Assembly: GCA_040954595.2 (NCBI GenBank)
Contig: CM082596.2
Span: 1,827,854 to 1,891,853 of the forward strand
DNA: 64,000 nt
Direction: 5' to 3'
Source: Balanoglossus misakiensis
Lineage: Eukaryota > Animalia > Hemichordata
This document shows, one piece after another, positions 39,901-54,044 of this stretch. A program made the position numbers and the translations under genes. The notes under the pieces are model-generated. The model was not told the DNA's origin. It was given only the letters and a program-made list of their open reading frames with translations, and did no database searches. Each line of letters opens with the position of its first letter. Position 1 is the stretch's first letter.

Positions 39901-42900
39901 AATCTCATCTCAGATAGTTTACTTTACAGTCACTCCAAGGAATTGTCTGTCATTAGCGTTGCAGCCATGACAACACAGAACCTTGTCAGGAATTAACAAT
40001 AGATTTTAAATGCTAATTTTCCATGTTTAAAGAAATCAGTATGATAATTAATCAAATGATTGATTTATAAGTTAAAATTTAAACATAAGAAAATTAATTG
40101 GTAAATATCTTTTCTTATTACTGTTTTCAACGCAAAGCAATTAAAAACAAAGTACAGTATTTGGATTCTCTCTGTATTTGCTCGTTCAGATGTTATTTTG
40201 AATTGATTCACGTGTAGATAACACAAGTTAATATCCGTTTTATGATGACGCTCATGTAACATTTACAAAATAGCTTATACAACTCAACTCGCGAGGGATA
40301 TAATGAATGGGTAACGTGACGATGTGACAATGTTCTAGCTATAATTGTGTTTTACAGGAAGTGACAATACAATGATGACAAACGCCGCTATGTTTTTTCT
40401 GTAGTCATGGATCACACTGAGAAAATGACTTAAAAATATTAAAGCAAAAATCCTCGCAGAGCTGGCACGTAGCAAATCTGAATAATATAGTCAATAAGTC
40501 GTTTATAACAAGCAGGCTTTCAAAATCGACATCGATCTACGCAGGTCAGTTCTTCGATGAATGGCAAATTGTACGTTTAACCCGTGTGAGATAAAAGTGG
40601 TTCCCGTGGTAACAATATAGTTCCTAACAAAATGTGCCATCTCCTCTTCTTTGATGAGATTGGATTGCATTGTAGAAAATGAATATGAATCTGCTTGTGG
40701 TGATGGAACATGCTGGGACCACACGTTGGCTTCCTTCTGTTTCTTACCGATGCTCTTCATGTTCCATCACAAACTATACCACCCGTTGATTTTCTCAAAA
40801 TAAATATACAATATATTTTGTTTTCTTTTAAAAATCCAAGCTTTCAAGCCCGATTGATAAAATTCTAAAATAATGTGTACAGTCATGTTTTCGTTATGGA
40901 CTGTAAAGGCAACACCTTTGAATAAACTAATGTTTACATGACCTTCGGCGGATTTCAGCCAAGCCATCGAAAAGCAACCGTCCCCCATAGATTCGTTTTC
41001 AATTGCAAAGCCATCCTCCAACTATAACAGGATAATGGGCTCACGCTATTTCCCTTTTTCATTACATTTTACTGTTTTCTCTGACGTAATAGTGATTTAT
41101 TGATCTCAGACTGAGGGTAGTACAGTGCTAATGACTTGTCTACATGTCAACACTAGCTCAGGGAAGCTTTTACTGCTCGTATATTTTAATTATCATATGC
41201 CCAATCTCATGAATCAGTGCTCAACTTATATGACGATTGAGATAAAAAGGAAATGGTTGTTTATTTGCTGACATTCTGATGTCTTGGGAGATGAATAACA
41301 CAGATGTTACAGTTAAAGGGACATGCCTTGTAACTCTTCTAAAGTTTCTCCTACTTCATGAGTGAGTCCAGCGACTCATGAAACTCAAACAACATTGTAG
41401 AGATTATACCGCCATTGATATGTTAATTCTACGTTTACGACACAACTCAAGAAAGTTGAATTTTTATGTAAAAATACCTGTGAGGCAAAAACGCAGTTTC
41501 ATCGACATTTGATAACATATTAAACTATCCATTTATTATTTGCGACGATTCATGTTATACTTATCAGCACCATCTATAAACTAAAAGCAGACATACGGTT
41601 TAAAACAGAGTATAAAACAAAGGATGAGGATTTTTGTATTTCTTTTAGTGCTGCAAGTAGCGGTGTGACATTTAAGTTAAGGCCAGCACAGGGGATAATA
41701 TCAAAGCAATGTCGACAGAGTTAGTAATTGTGTCGCCGCATTCATGGTCTGACTAAACGGTGATCTTGCAATCTGTGAATACACACAGAACAGCGGTGAT
41801 CCCATGGTAACTAAATTCAATCACTCTTTTGATGCGTCGTTGAGGCCCGTGGTCTGATGCCGTGATGTGATGATTGTCATCTGCGTAAGTCTCGGCCATG
41901 AAGTACCGCACACAATTTCAATGCAAATACGACACATTTTCATCGCCTCCAGCATATACATGCATGTACATAATGACAGATAGTGTATTTGAAATAACGA
42001 TAAGCGTGTTTCATTCACTTCTTCCAATGCCGGTATATTTTTAAAGAGAGTATTCTATTATACAAAGAGTAAATCCTGTGTGTACGACATCTGACATTTA
42101 AGATGGGGTGAAGACACTATTTTATTATTATTAAAGATGACATATCATCAATGCGCATGCTCAAGCTTAAGGTATGGTAAATTCAGCCTTCTGTCATTAT
42201 ATCTTATCTGACACGAGAGGATCTTTGAAGCTGGCAATGTGTATTAGATATTCAATTTGGTAATCATTCCATGACATACCGATTTTATAAATGTGTGCCA
42301 CGAAATTGGAAAGGCTTATTCAGCACGTAAAGAAGATTTCACAAAGTTTTGTTTCCATTCATGTTCTAAGTTTTGGTTTTTAATGAGCACCACTAAGATT
42401 ACGTGATTTCAAAGCAATTGCACAAACTGGATATTCCCTGGGTCGATGGACTTTCAATTGCGCTGTAACGTCTTATTCTATTGTTACAAAGATGCTGACA
42501 TTTTCGTCTGCTGCAAAATCGGACCCAATATCACCATCAATTTAATCAATGTAATGTGCATCCTGTGAAGGGTATAAAAGGCAAATGAATAAACCAAGAC
42601 TAACTCGAGACCCTAAATCTCTTCAAGACATCGAGAAATTTGATCTCGTGCTGTGTAAGAGTTTGCCGAAGTCTATTTGAACGACCCCCAAGAGAAAACC
42701 TTTCGCTCATTGCACAAGCGATTATTATGCATTGGGGTCGTGCCAGAGCTAAACTTACAACAGCAAATCACTCGAACCTGTCGACTGCGACTCGTTACGC
42801 AGCATAAAGCTCTGTTCGATTTTACTGTTATTTTACGGTGACTAATGATTTCATCACGTCCGTCTACACTGCCTGCTTTTATACAAATTCGCTCTCTAAA

Positions 42901-45900
42901 AAGCCAGCCTCTGTCTCATAGTTTGAAATATTCTCATCGAAATGCTCATTACCTGAAGACGACCAGACTGGAAAATCATGAAAAGAGATTAAAGCCGTTG
43001 CATGTGAATTGCTTTGAGCATTGTTGTATCCTAATATCAGTTCTTTTGATGACATCAATGAGGTGGGTGATGACAGAAGGACAAGCCACCACAATTGTTG
43101 AAGCTTTTTGTCGTATGTTCTGCATCACTGCCACCTCATCTGTGGAGGTTTCTAGAATATTCAGTATCGATCACTAACCTTATAAAAAAACACGGACAAC
43201 AAGTACTACGGGTCGATTAGCTAATTAGCTTGTGAAAATTAAACATTACCAGACAAAGTTGTCTGAAAAACGGAACTCGATCAGGATTGAAATTATTCAG
43301 CCCGTGCCCGAACTCTATCATTGTCTAAGTGACGGCTTCATTGATCGGGGAAAGCGATAGTAGATAATGGGTTAACTCCTGACCCTCAAGTCATGTCCAT
43401 TATCAGATTATTTCTGACAGCAGAAGGTCGCTTGGCATGTTAAAAGATTCAGGAAAGAGGTTATCTGGTCGCAGCTCGTGTACACAGCCATCGTCAGAAC
43501 TGGATAAAATATACGAAGATGAGTTTTTCACTTTTAGTTTTCACCAGTCGGTTAGGGAGCCTCACTCAAAGTTTTACTTGCATTATGAACTGAAAACAGG
43601 GTTTTAGTTTCTGAGAATATGATTAATAGAAGTCATCCAAAGTACCCTGGTGTCAAGTTCCCTTTAATCTCAACCCATTTCCGCTCCGAGATTGAATTCG
43701 CTGTACTTATCAGTCAGACTAGTCATCCCCACTCAAGATTACCACTCTGGGTGCTTGTATCTTTATGACACGTCAATATACAGAGAGTATAGATGACCGC
43801 CCGTCCTGTATGCCATCAACTTTATCAATTCACAGGCGGTTTGGCCGAGTAGGTACAAGATAAATACAAATAGTCTAAGTGCTCAGGGAAACGATCAATC
43901 TTTCCATTAAAAAAGTTCTGTAATCTGTAAAGTCAAAATCGGGAAGTTGTAATATATGACAATTAGCCAGACATAACGTACGTCCTCGTGAAAAGCAAAC
44001 AGAGATGAAATAATTGCCTTTTTGAGTTATGACATGGAATATGATGTTAATTGAGAAAAAGCCAAACACCTGCCATTACGCGACTTCAAAGTCTCCTTTC
44101 TACGATGATTTAATACCAGACTGACAAGGGAGACAAAAGCTTGTCTTAAATATGATCTGCATGTGTATTTGACACACACAACAAATTGCTGTAGGTCTAT
44201 ATGGCTGATGTTAGTTACACACCATGTGTCTTTCGCTTGAGTGACAGAAACGCATTAAAAGATCCCTCCAAATGTTTCCAATCTCTGTTTATCATAGCTC
44301 GTTGGGGAGTCTGTTAGAAAGCGAAAAAGAAATTCCATTTTGTACTATAATCCAACACTGCAGTGTCTGGCTTTAAGTTTAAGATCGCAGCACCGCTCTT
44401 CCCCTTGGCTTTGCAGCTGTCGTGTATTACATCTGATCACAACTAAAAATAATCAATAGCTCGTCTGATATCACATAATGGAATGTTAAAATCGATTCCA
44501 ATCATCGCATTATCGATCTCTGGGCACGGGTCTTGCCATATCTTCCCGTATAAGATTGTGAAAAGCCTGTTCGTGTGTGATGTTTTTTGGAAATGCTGTG
44601 GAGAGACACATGAAGTCAAACTGCTACAGTTACGCGAACGTGACCTTTGATTTCCAGCGAAACCGACGATGAATATAAGACGAACTGAATGTTTTTGTGT
44701 TTATTGTTTGAAAAGATCGAGACAGAGAAAAATCAAGTCTTAATTGTGTCTGTTTACTGGCCAGGAGCATTCTACAACTCGTCACATTTCCTGCATTTTC
44801 TCTGCAACTTCCTTGAATACTGCGTCACACGTAAACCTGCCTATTGTTTGGACATATGCCAAAGACTCTTAAGAAGCCTAATAGTATGCATGATGGTTGT
44901 ACGTCAGTGATTGTGAACTTCATACATGCTCATTAGACAATTTATTCAATCATGATGACGTATTAAAGCTCTGTTGCTCCTCCTCCAATATTGAAACTCA
45001 AAACATTTATTTCGTGATGATGCCTCCACTGTTGGAACTTGCTCATCTTAAGCTTGAGAAGCAAACAAAAAATCATTTTAGGGTGTGGACATATGGCTTA
45101 ATTTTTGTACAGTTGTTGTTGCAAATGATCTGTTCAGGGTTCTCTTAATTGCTCTCAGAAAATTTGGGAAACTAGTCAAGCCAATGATGATGGGAATACA
45201 TGTGATAGATACACAGGGCATTTGATTTAAAACGCTATTGTATAAAATTAAAAAAAAGATCTCGTCTTATTTCTACAACTGCCCCTAATATTGTAGATGT
45301 TTTCAGTGACTGTGCGTGATATACCATAACAATACGAAATAATGGCGCGCTGTAGTGATGCTGAGAAATATGATTGACGTGAGAATAGTACCGGATAAAT
45401 TAGTTGAAATTTAGTACTGCACAGTAGCATATTACACTGCTCAGTGCTGTGTATGAATATACTTGTGATTTCCGCGTGTGAGCGTACCTTTTCTCACAGT
45501 CGTACGGCATAAATCTAAGAAAAGCTTACCTTCCACAGGACAGATCGATTCTTTTTTATAGCCGACAACACAACTGGTCTGTTCCCATGCACAAGACTTG
45601 GCAGAAAATACTAGTAACACACTTATCCCCGAACGATGCAGCTCGACAGATCTGCAAAATTTGGTCACGCACGTCTTAAGCCCATCTGCACGACATTGGA
45701 TTAGAGCGCGGCACTAGCCCAATTGAGATTTCGTCAAATGACAAATTAACACGACACTTTCTTGTTTTGGCTATCAAGCAAATGGAAGGTTTGAGACGAT
45801 ACCATTTTGCAAGGTTCCTGCGTAGGAGCGAATGATTATACTATCGTAGGTACCTACATCATGTAAGTGGATATTTCCCCTCACTTTCGCTATTGAACTC

Positions 45901-46270
45901 TACGTCATACGAGACATACCATTATGTCACAGGTTGGAGTCGTGTCCAATCCATAGGTAACATGCCAGCCAGCATTGTAAACGCGCTACGTTGTTAAAAC
46001 GTTATGCGTGATTCATTATTATCGTTATCTACTCGTTTACGGATTTGTTCTCAATATTTGAAACGGCCTCGTAGGGTTGATAAAAGCGAATAGTTCACTT
46101 TATCAGTGCAATTTACTTGTATATGCTTAAATAAGTGTGGCATCAACAGGAATAGTCGTTTGTTAACAGCTAGAGGAAAAGAGTACTACCAGATGTCATG
46201 GTTATTTCATACTGACATAATGTTCATCAACACCATCAGTAACAACAGCATTCTGACATTCCTCCTCGGC

Positions 46271-46309
<39 letters not shown>

Positions 46310-49300
46310 AAAACCTAGTAATAATCGTCATCACCATTTTCAAAAGGAGAAATGATCATAAATTGCTATCAACTATTATAGAAATTTCTGTATAACTGCT
46401 ACATGAATCATTACCATTATACTTAAACTAAGAAGGTGTTCAAATATTTCAGTAGCGTTGTTTGTGTGTGATCGTCGATAGCATTTCACGCATGTACAGA
46501 ATTCAAGGGACGTTATCAGTGCTTGCTATCTTGATGAACTAGAGATTTGGACCCTGTCCTGGGACAACTTGTATTCCCGTTATCTTAAAAATGCTATTTT
46601 AGCTGTACCTCGATTACTGTTGAATTTAATTGGATCTGAAAAAGTCCCCAAGCCTTTAAGGCGCCTAGCATCTTATCAATTTGACATACATGCACTGAAT
46701 CACTTGCCGCAGTGCATCGTATACATGTATGGCAGATGTGCTTTGTTTGTGAAAAATATTTGAGCGAAAAGTGACTTGCTGATTTGCCATGTAAGCCATT
46801 TTTCGCCATCTGAAGTACATGTACATAGATGATAGCAGATCACTGTATGCATGGACAGCTTTACCATCAAAACACGTTCTGAAACTCCGAAAGTTCAATG
46901 ATCGGCACATATTTCCAAGTTCAAGCTGTAATTTTGACCTCATTTCCCATGAACGGTACATCTACAAAGGGATTGAATGAGATTGCGTTCTGACTGTACC
47001 CAAAGAAAGAGCTCGCTGAATCACGGAGGTTAATGAAGTTTATTCATCTTTCTTAATATAGCATACGGTCTCTGTTTACCTCCACTGTTCAGTGAAGGTC
47101 CTTGAAAATGACAGAGAAAACATTTTCTAGTAAACAGAAACATTCATTTAGTTTCTTGATACTCGGATGACATTAAAAGCCAGGTTTACAATGCAGAATA
47201 ATTGGCTGGGTGAGGAGATGAGATTTTCTCTAAACCCTCTAGCTCTACGACAAATGTGTATCAGTCTCATTGTACCGATAGGGGTCGCTCTTTAAAACAC
47301 CCTGTATCTAAACAATCATTTTACTTTTAAACTTTCACTTTGAGATGCTCTCATCTGCTATGAAAGCAATACCAAGCACAGCGCATTTTAAAATTAATAG
47401 AAAACGGACCCCCTCACATGTCACTCCTTACATTAATTTGTTTTTCATTCTGATAGAAACATTATACCGGTAGATTAGACAGACAGCTTTAATTAAGTTT
47501 TGCCTCCTGCTCCGATAAAAACACCAGTTGATATGTTAATTGAAATTTTCATACTTCACAAATTGTCCATTAATAATTTAGGCTTATTACTTAGTCAGTC
47601 AATTTTTTAGAGCTTGCTTTTCTGTTCATCCAATAATGATTGTTATATCTATAGGATACTTCCAGGCTTTACTGAGCCTTACTGGCAATAAATGAATGTG
47701 TGAAAATATCTATCTATCACAGTTCTTTGCAACTGACCTGGATAGAACATTTTGCTAACAAGCATTATTTGTTCCCTTGGAGACCTATACTTTTGAGTTT
47801 TCATCTCAGGAAGATTTTGTTTGTCACGTTGAGTGAATAAGTCATTTTGGTGGCTCATTGTATGAAAGCGTGTTGATGAGACAGAGCTCTGTGGGGTTTG
47901 GTGAAGATATAGGGTGTTTTTATGTTTGTAATACGACTTCTGAAGATGGAAGATTAGTTTGGGGCCCATAAATCACGCAAGATGATTGGATATCGCTGTC
48001 TGGTCTCTCTCTACATGCATTTCCTATCTTAACTCACTGTTTCTTGCAAAATTCATCAGAGAAGGTATCACAAATCATCAACATATCTCGCAGTGCGCTC
48101 GGAACTGTATCCTAGCAACATTACAGACACGACCCATTTCAGAGAGAAATACAATCTTTCCGATGGATCAACAGCAGATGCAGACAGTGTTATATTACGA
48201 TGGGGTCAGGTGGCACGCTTCGGGTGCATTTTATAAAAATTCATGCACGAAAACACAGGGAACCTAGACGATGTATTCCTGTTTTCGTATTAACCTTTTT
48301 GACCTCCAAATATCGTTATACTGTAAGTACTTCGACCCGGTGTCCAATCATCCCTTGTTCCTAGCTAAAAAGAAAGATAATGTGTCTAATTTCTCCCCCG
48401 TAATGCCATCCTACTTTCTCATGAAGCCAAATGAATTCATCTGGAATCTCTTTGTTACCACTGATCATTAAAGAAAAAAACCCACTGTAACGTCAATATA
48501 GGTAATATTGCCTTCAGATCTGTGGCCGCAATTAATTTTAGCTGGCAAAAAGACACTGCTGAAGGCAAAAACTGAAGATGCACTAAGCTGTCTTCACTAA
48601 ACGAATCCCTTTGTTGTGATGGAAATGTTTGCAATTAGTGTTCCTTCTCATATGGCTTCCGAATTATTTTCTTTACCGGCTGGATTTGTAACAGCGGGGC
48701 GGTCTGATCTCTGCCGTGTTAGAACTGGATTATATCAACATTCAAATTGGAGAAGAAGAAAAAACGTTCTAATGGGGCGCGAGTGGCAATGAGTCACGTA
48801 TTTACGAGAATCCAGAGAATGTGAATTTGATTAGACAATCAACAGCAAATAAACTTGTACTGTTACAAAACTGTGGGTTATACATGCAGCCACACCTAGT
48901 ATTTGGATCAAGGAGGGACCAGCTTGTAGTGATGTTAAGCGTGATACAAAAACAAATTGCGAGACGACCCCCTTCGTGCATGTGGCGCTGCAGAGTTGTG
49001 TATGATCATGATAGTAACGCTTCTGTATCGTCAAATGTGCCGTAAATCATATAGCAACTAGGCTGGATCAATTACTAATGGTCACTCGCTATGCAATCAG
49101 CCCAGTATAGATTTCCTATCAGAGAAGATTGGAAATAAAAGATGAGTGTGTCTCATAAAAATTGAATGCATGGTGACTTTGCACAGTGTCAAGTTTTGGA
49201 ATAGAAATTCGGTTTACAACGACTCCTTACAAAACCGCTTTTCTTATAAAACGTTTTATTCACAGAAAATGTACCAAAAAATTATTCTTGGGAATTACTG

Positions 49301-52300
49301 TATGAACAAAACCAATCTTGAAAGACGTCAAACACATCATCATAATTACCATTGTCCTCTCTCCATCATCTTCGCACCTACGACATATACTGTCATCATT
49401 ATTGCCATAACAACAGACATAACCATTTCAGATCGCGTTAAACCATCATTATCCGTGTCTCGGCTAATGAACCATGGAAATTTATAAATGAAATGAAATC
49501 CAACAGGTACATGTTTTGTCCGATTTCAGTTTCCTTAAACAGATAGGCCAATTGTAGTTTTTACCTTTCAAAGACATTCCCACTGGTTTTAAACATTCGC
49601 TAACTATAATCTCATTCCACTCTCTAGTAAATCTGGCAAGGGGCTTTCTGCTCATTTGCATATTTAATGAAATTGTGCAATTGGTGATATGGTCCCGCAA
49701 TTACTGAACCAAATTTGTCGTGATATGCTACAGATATTGATCAGACAGCCATCTTTGTTATGCACGTATCTGTTTACTGATCAAAAAGTCACCCTCTGGA
49801 CAATTTGACAGGTTCGCATCGATATCGTTATCCAGATTATAGACGCCTAGCAGTTTGCCATAAAAAGCCCTATTAATCAAAGTGTCGTAAGAGTCACATA
49901 GACAGATTACAGTACATTTCCCATTAAGGCAATCTTTCCAGACTGGTTATTTATGCAAGATGGATTTATCTCACATTGGAAACTGGTTCTTGTGGAGCCA
50001 TATATATCGAGTCTAATCTGACATCATTTGGCAATAAATTTCTAAAACTAATATGGGAAAATACTCTTACATCACCATTAGATTTTAGTATTGTCACAAT
50101 TTTGTGCACAAGTTCCCGCGTTTTTATTTTTGGAAGCCCTTTAGTCCAGCTTGTTATCAGTTGTAACACCTAGGCAAGAGAAATGTAATGGCAGAATAAA
50201 ATGGTGACAGCACTTTCCTTCATTTCGCTGACAGGTTTCATCAACACCATCCAAAATGACACGGCAGCCATTTTGTTCTGTCACATTCCATATTTAATGC
50301 AGCACTTCCCTGAGGCGTATGTTTATAACCTTTTAGTATTTATTCTCAGTTGTTTCACACAGGAGATGTAACATGCAAGGTAATATTGAGAATCAAGGGA
50401 AACATTTGAGAATAACAAACAGAAATAAACTAGTGAGCAAGAGAAAGGTGACCACAAAAACATCAAAATAAAGTGAAGACCTAACAGATGAGCTGGTAGT
50501 TGTTAAATTTAGCATAGTAAGATGATGATAAATATCACCATCCCCATCACGCTTCCCATTAATAATATCTGGATATAGATAGAACCAAATGGCCGTGTCA
50601 GATTAATCAAACGTAATGGCACACCATAAATAGACATCATCTACAAATAGGCATCATCAACGAACAGCATATATTTCACTTTCAATAGATTTATCCCTGA
50701 AATGTTTGCCAGTGCCTCAAATTATGTGTAATGAGCAATTTCTGCCAGAAAATTAATGTCAGATAATGGCTTCAGTGCACATAACACCTGGGAGATTTCA
50801 GGTAATAGGTGTATCAGCCAAGGTCCTCCTGGTATTTTGCCACTGGAAGCTTGATATAGTAATGTGTTGCCATGGTAATTGAAAACATACACAAAACATC
50901 ATGCTTGCAGTCTGAGGCTACCATTTCATTGAATGCAAATAATTCATTTTATCTGCCTTAATGAGCTCGAACAGCATGAAACGTGATCCATATTTGGTCA
51001 GCTGTCCTCAAGCAATGCCTGCAGTTTTCACAACAGGTGACAGGAAAACACTGTGCCAAAAAGGGGGGGGGGGAGGAGGGGAACAGTCATTAATAGCGCC
51101 CTCCCCGGCCTTAGTTCATTGCAGAGATGTCATCCCATATACCTAAACCTTATAAGTTCTTATAATTTTTGAACTGTAGTTGCGTACCAAAGTTCAAATC
51201 AAATCCAACTAGCCAATCTTGAGATATTGGTGAGACGTACAGTTACACACACAGGTACAACAATTGGCCAAACATCAGAGACTTTACCAAACCTGGTCAT
51301 ACGTGTGTCTGTTTGAGGGAAATAAGTAATCGTCCTTTAATTCAGAGATGGTTCAGTTAGGCCTTTTTCCTTGAACATGTAATATTTCCCTGCCTGGGGT
51401 GTACGTAGCAACAATACAGAATCTTGCAAGGACACTTCTGACATCATAGATGACGTGAGACTTGGAAGTTTCATTACAATCTCTTTCAATACAAACCGTC
51501 TGTGTCAGGACGCCTGCAGCTAAAGAGTGGTCATTTCAGGAATGAGAACAGTACACAAAAGGTGCACCATTTGATATATGGAACGACCAGCAAATTAAGC
51601 CTACGCTGTATCGAACTTGGAAAGATCTTTACAGCGACAGTTTGATGTGTTACCGCCAAGGGACAAAGGGAAGCGGATATAAGGCTGTGACTTGCAAGAA
51701 TATGGTGATATTGTCACGTTTGTTTTCCCTCAAGTCACAATTCAAGGCTTTCATGGAAATCAAGAGCCTTTGTTTATGAGGAATTTTGGACCTCGATCAA
51801 GCACGTCGTGATGATACTATGCATATTTTTTCATGGCCTTTCCTTTTTGGGAAAAAAAAGATCTTTCAAATAACCTGACATCGCTTTTGATGAATTTGAC
51901 CTTTGCATTGTATTGTAACACATTGTGGGGCTGAAGGGTCTTCTCTATAAGAGATTGTGTCGGTTTGAAAGTTGAAAAAAGTTGATCTTTTATAGACTGT
52001 GGTCATTAACTGTTCTTAAAAAGAGAGTGTGCTTCTTAACCACCTGTTGATTTTAGACCTTTTAAATCTCACTGATCTTTTTGTTATGTGATTTGACTGT
52101 CTTACAGAAATTCTACAAATGTTTTTCTCAACAACAGGCTTCCGTTGATCCAGGAGTTTGCGTTCATGTCTTGATCATGTTTGATTCTTTATTTTCAGAT
52201 GAGATTACACGTGGCAGTACAATGTGTTACGCTTCCTGAGGCGCTGGATCTGTAAAGCTTATTAGCCAACTGGGCGCCGTAAAGATTTAGACGTGCATGA

Positions 52301-54044
52301 CGATGGCGCTCTTTATGGATGTCAACACCAGTAATGAAATCTTCCACACAGAAACACGGAAGTAAAGTTAAATCAATAAAACAAGTGAGTATTAATTGAC
52401 AATTAACATTTTGACATTTTTATGCCACAAAATGTGAAAATGGGTAATGGTTCACCATCGAGGATAAAATGAAAATCATAATAAGTAAAACTACAAACTG
52501 TGCTTTGAAGACCTTACTGGACTAGTTAAGGGAGTTACCTTGCACCCCATTACTACGTGTAGTTCAGCTTCTGAAATTTATGGTTATTTGTGTCTGCCCC
52601 AAGCATTGCTGATATCGAAAGAAAAAAAAAGCCAAAACAGGTTGTAAACAAGCTGCAAGGACGTGCATGCACATAAAGTGATCTTCGCCACAGGGCATGG
52701 TCTAGTCTTATGGAAATCCTGCAGCATTTCAATCACACATAAATAAAGCAGAACTGAAGCAACATACAAAGTAGGACAGACACAAAAGAGATTCTTTGAA
52801 AGGTGAAGCAATTGTCTAATGAGTCTTGTTATTTTAAAAACTGATGAAAGACCATGAGAGGGCAATGACATGTCTGATCAGCTGACTTCTATCCTACGCA
52901 CTGATGGATATGAAAACTTTTGCTATTGGAATTGCGATGTGCCAAGAGAAATTTGGCTTGTCTCATCTCAGAAATAAACATCTGCAGATTTCACTTTTCA
53001 AAACTGAATAGCACGACTTCAAAGTGAAAAAACATTCTGCAGTCCCTACAAACAGTGGCTGACTGAAGTATTTGAACAATAAAGTTTCTGGTTGCGAATG
53101 TTTAGATAAATCATTTAATTTTGTTCAGCCAACACAGACCACAAAGCATGAGTACACCGTTGGATTTAACTTTGTGATGTAATTGTGTGTTTTTTTTTAT
53201 TGAGACAGCTCGGTTTGCTGTGGCAATGTCAATCAGGCATCACACGACATTGTTTAGTGCACATGTATAATAGAGTCATTACACGAAGTTGCGTAACGTG
53301 TTGACTTAACAAATTGGCCAGAAAGTGTGGTAGCTGAAAATGTTGGCCTTGTGGACGTCCAAAAACCCAAGTAATATCGAACTACACAAAATCTTGCTTT
53401 GTCCACAGACATAGTACTGAGCCTTGCTGTATATCAGTTTGTATGAGCCGTTTGGTTTGTGAGCTGTGAACTAAAAGGGTGATTCAGGGATGGAATATGC
53501 TTCCAACGGAAAGTTATCTTGTATTATGATATGAGCAGTCGTGATTTCACTTTGTACGAAATTTGTCGGACAAAAAAATTTGAATCTAGGCAGATGTACT
53601 GATATTATTATGAAGTATTTAGGCAAAGAAAGAAGCTGACAAGAAATGGAAATGGGATTGAGATCTCTGATGACCTACCTCGCCTGCATCTTCCGACTTT
53701 TCAAACAAGGCATTCATGACACCACCACTGTCATGTTTTAAATCGTCCATGTCGCCTTCACCAGAACTCAAGTTTGCATCGCCTCTAGATTTTTCCTCAT
53801 ATCCATCCCTCTCCTTGGATGTTTCCTTGGCCGTGTTGCTGATGGTGTCATCAGTTGCGTCTTTGTTTTGTGAATCGTCCTTGTCTTCCGGCAAATCGGA
53901 GCTGTTGAACATCTCTACACGGAACGTGGGTATGGTAACTGCACTGAGACTCCGCCTCACTTGGACCGTTGGAGAGAACAATTCCACGTATTCAACAAAC
54001 GGTATTGTTCCGATGACAGAAGCACGACCTCTTTGGGTGGCCAT
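34840..54044 (-). CDS. Low-complexity charged protein (~730 aa) with six [RK]KxTP motifs; PP1 inhibitor-1/DARPP-32-like (tentative)
   Basis: Phase-compatible exons 54044-53679, 39339-39276, 38452-38249, 37543-37344, 37094-37037, 36889-36554, 36411-36073, 35857-35588, 35490-35270, 35141-35060 and 34892-34840 (2193 nt, stop TAG). The exon chain 39339-34840 is well supported. Joining the distant first exon across a 14.3-kb intron rests only on a phase-0 match (GAG|GTAGGT), strand and composition. Both boundaries of exon 37543-37344 are weak. Confidence 0.7.
36912..36990. repeat. (ATC/GAT)n microsatellite inside the 147-bp intron 36890-37036
   Basis: About 26 ATC units with one single-base interruption near 36978. 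Confidence 0.95.
38593..38756. mobile_element. MITE-like foldback element (family A, copy 1)
   Basis: TIR CAATCTGATTAAAATCAGATGTAGGGTAC ... GTACCCTACATCCGATTTTAATCAGATTG, plus an inner inverted segment TATTCTTATGCT/AGCATAAGAATA. The same TIR occurs at 63595-63681. Confidence 0.8.
46271..46309. repeat. (CAT)n microsatellite, intronic
   Basis: 13 CAT units. Confidence 0.95.

Noticed and set aside
39585-40770. Candidate nearer first exons for the RKxTP gene (MEHEEHR|GTAAGA at ~40766; MTVSANIDPMR|GTGTGG at ~39615)
   Set aside because: Both end in phase 2 and hit a stop when joined to the exon at 39339. They remain possible only as non-coding or alternative leaders.
46106-46318. ORF ending in poly-His
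   Set aside because: By-product of an intronic (CAT)n microsatellite.
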